In this document: positions 63,953 to 64,000 of the stretch, in pieces
How the letters are laid out: each line of letters starts with the position of its first letter
Numbering within the stretch: position 1 is the stretch's first letter
From: Lytechinus pictus
Lineage: Eukaryota
Length of the DNA: 64,000 bases
Assembly (NCBI RefSeq): GCF_037042905.1
Contig: NC_087246.1
Coordinates: 7,814,001 to 7,878,000 of the forward strand
Reading direction: 5' to 3'
The notes under the pieces: model-generated
Told to the model about the DNA's origin: nothing
The model's input: only the letters and a program-made list of their open reading frames with translations
Databases searched by the model: none
Made by a program: the position numbers and the translations under genes

Positions 63953-64000
63953 CATTATTGTAATGCCCACTTGAGTATATACCTATAGAAATTGCGCAAA

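Overview
AT-rich, intron-rich animal genomic DNA. The repeat families and SINEs look echinoid (sea urchin, possibly Lytechinus); this is an inference. Four spliced protein-coding genes can be rebuilt by hand with consistent splice phases: (1) the 5' part of a TAO kinase (minus strand, coding exons 10880-11011 and 3566-3637, probable promoter near 22300, continuing left of the window); (2) a complete ARMC5-like ARM+BTB gene (minus, 5 coding exons, about 1178 aa); (3) a complete compact CENP-V/GFA-family gene (plus, 4 coding exons, 141 aa), head-to-head with ARMC5; (4) the 5' part of mitochondrial D-lactate dehydrogenase LDHD (plus, 4 coding exons, continuing right of the window). Introns and intergenic DNA are dense with non-autonomous DNA transposons, often nested, with TSDs of TA, TTAA, 2, 3, 5, 6, 7 and 8 bp, plus tRNA-derived SINEs and two large foldback elements. 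The most interesting observations are a hAT element in a TAOK intron carrying a TATA/CCAAT promoter-first exon cassette and a signal-peptide-like exon, a minimal hammerhead-ribozyme-like motif, a duplicated CTCF-like site, a CGATA/DRE cluster at the ARMC5/CENPV bidirectional promoter, strong enrichment of TA-NNNN-TA palindromes resembling transposon excision footprints, and a Tyr/Ser/Pro-rich insertion in ARMC5. No prokaryotic system or CRISPR array is present. No finding here is proven novel.
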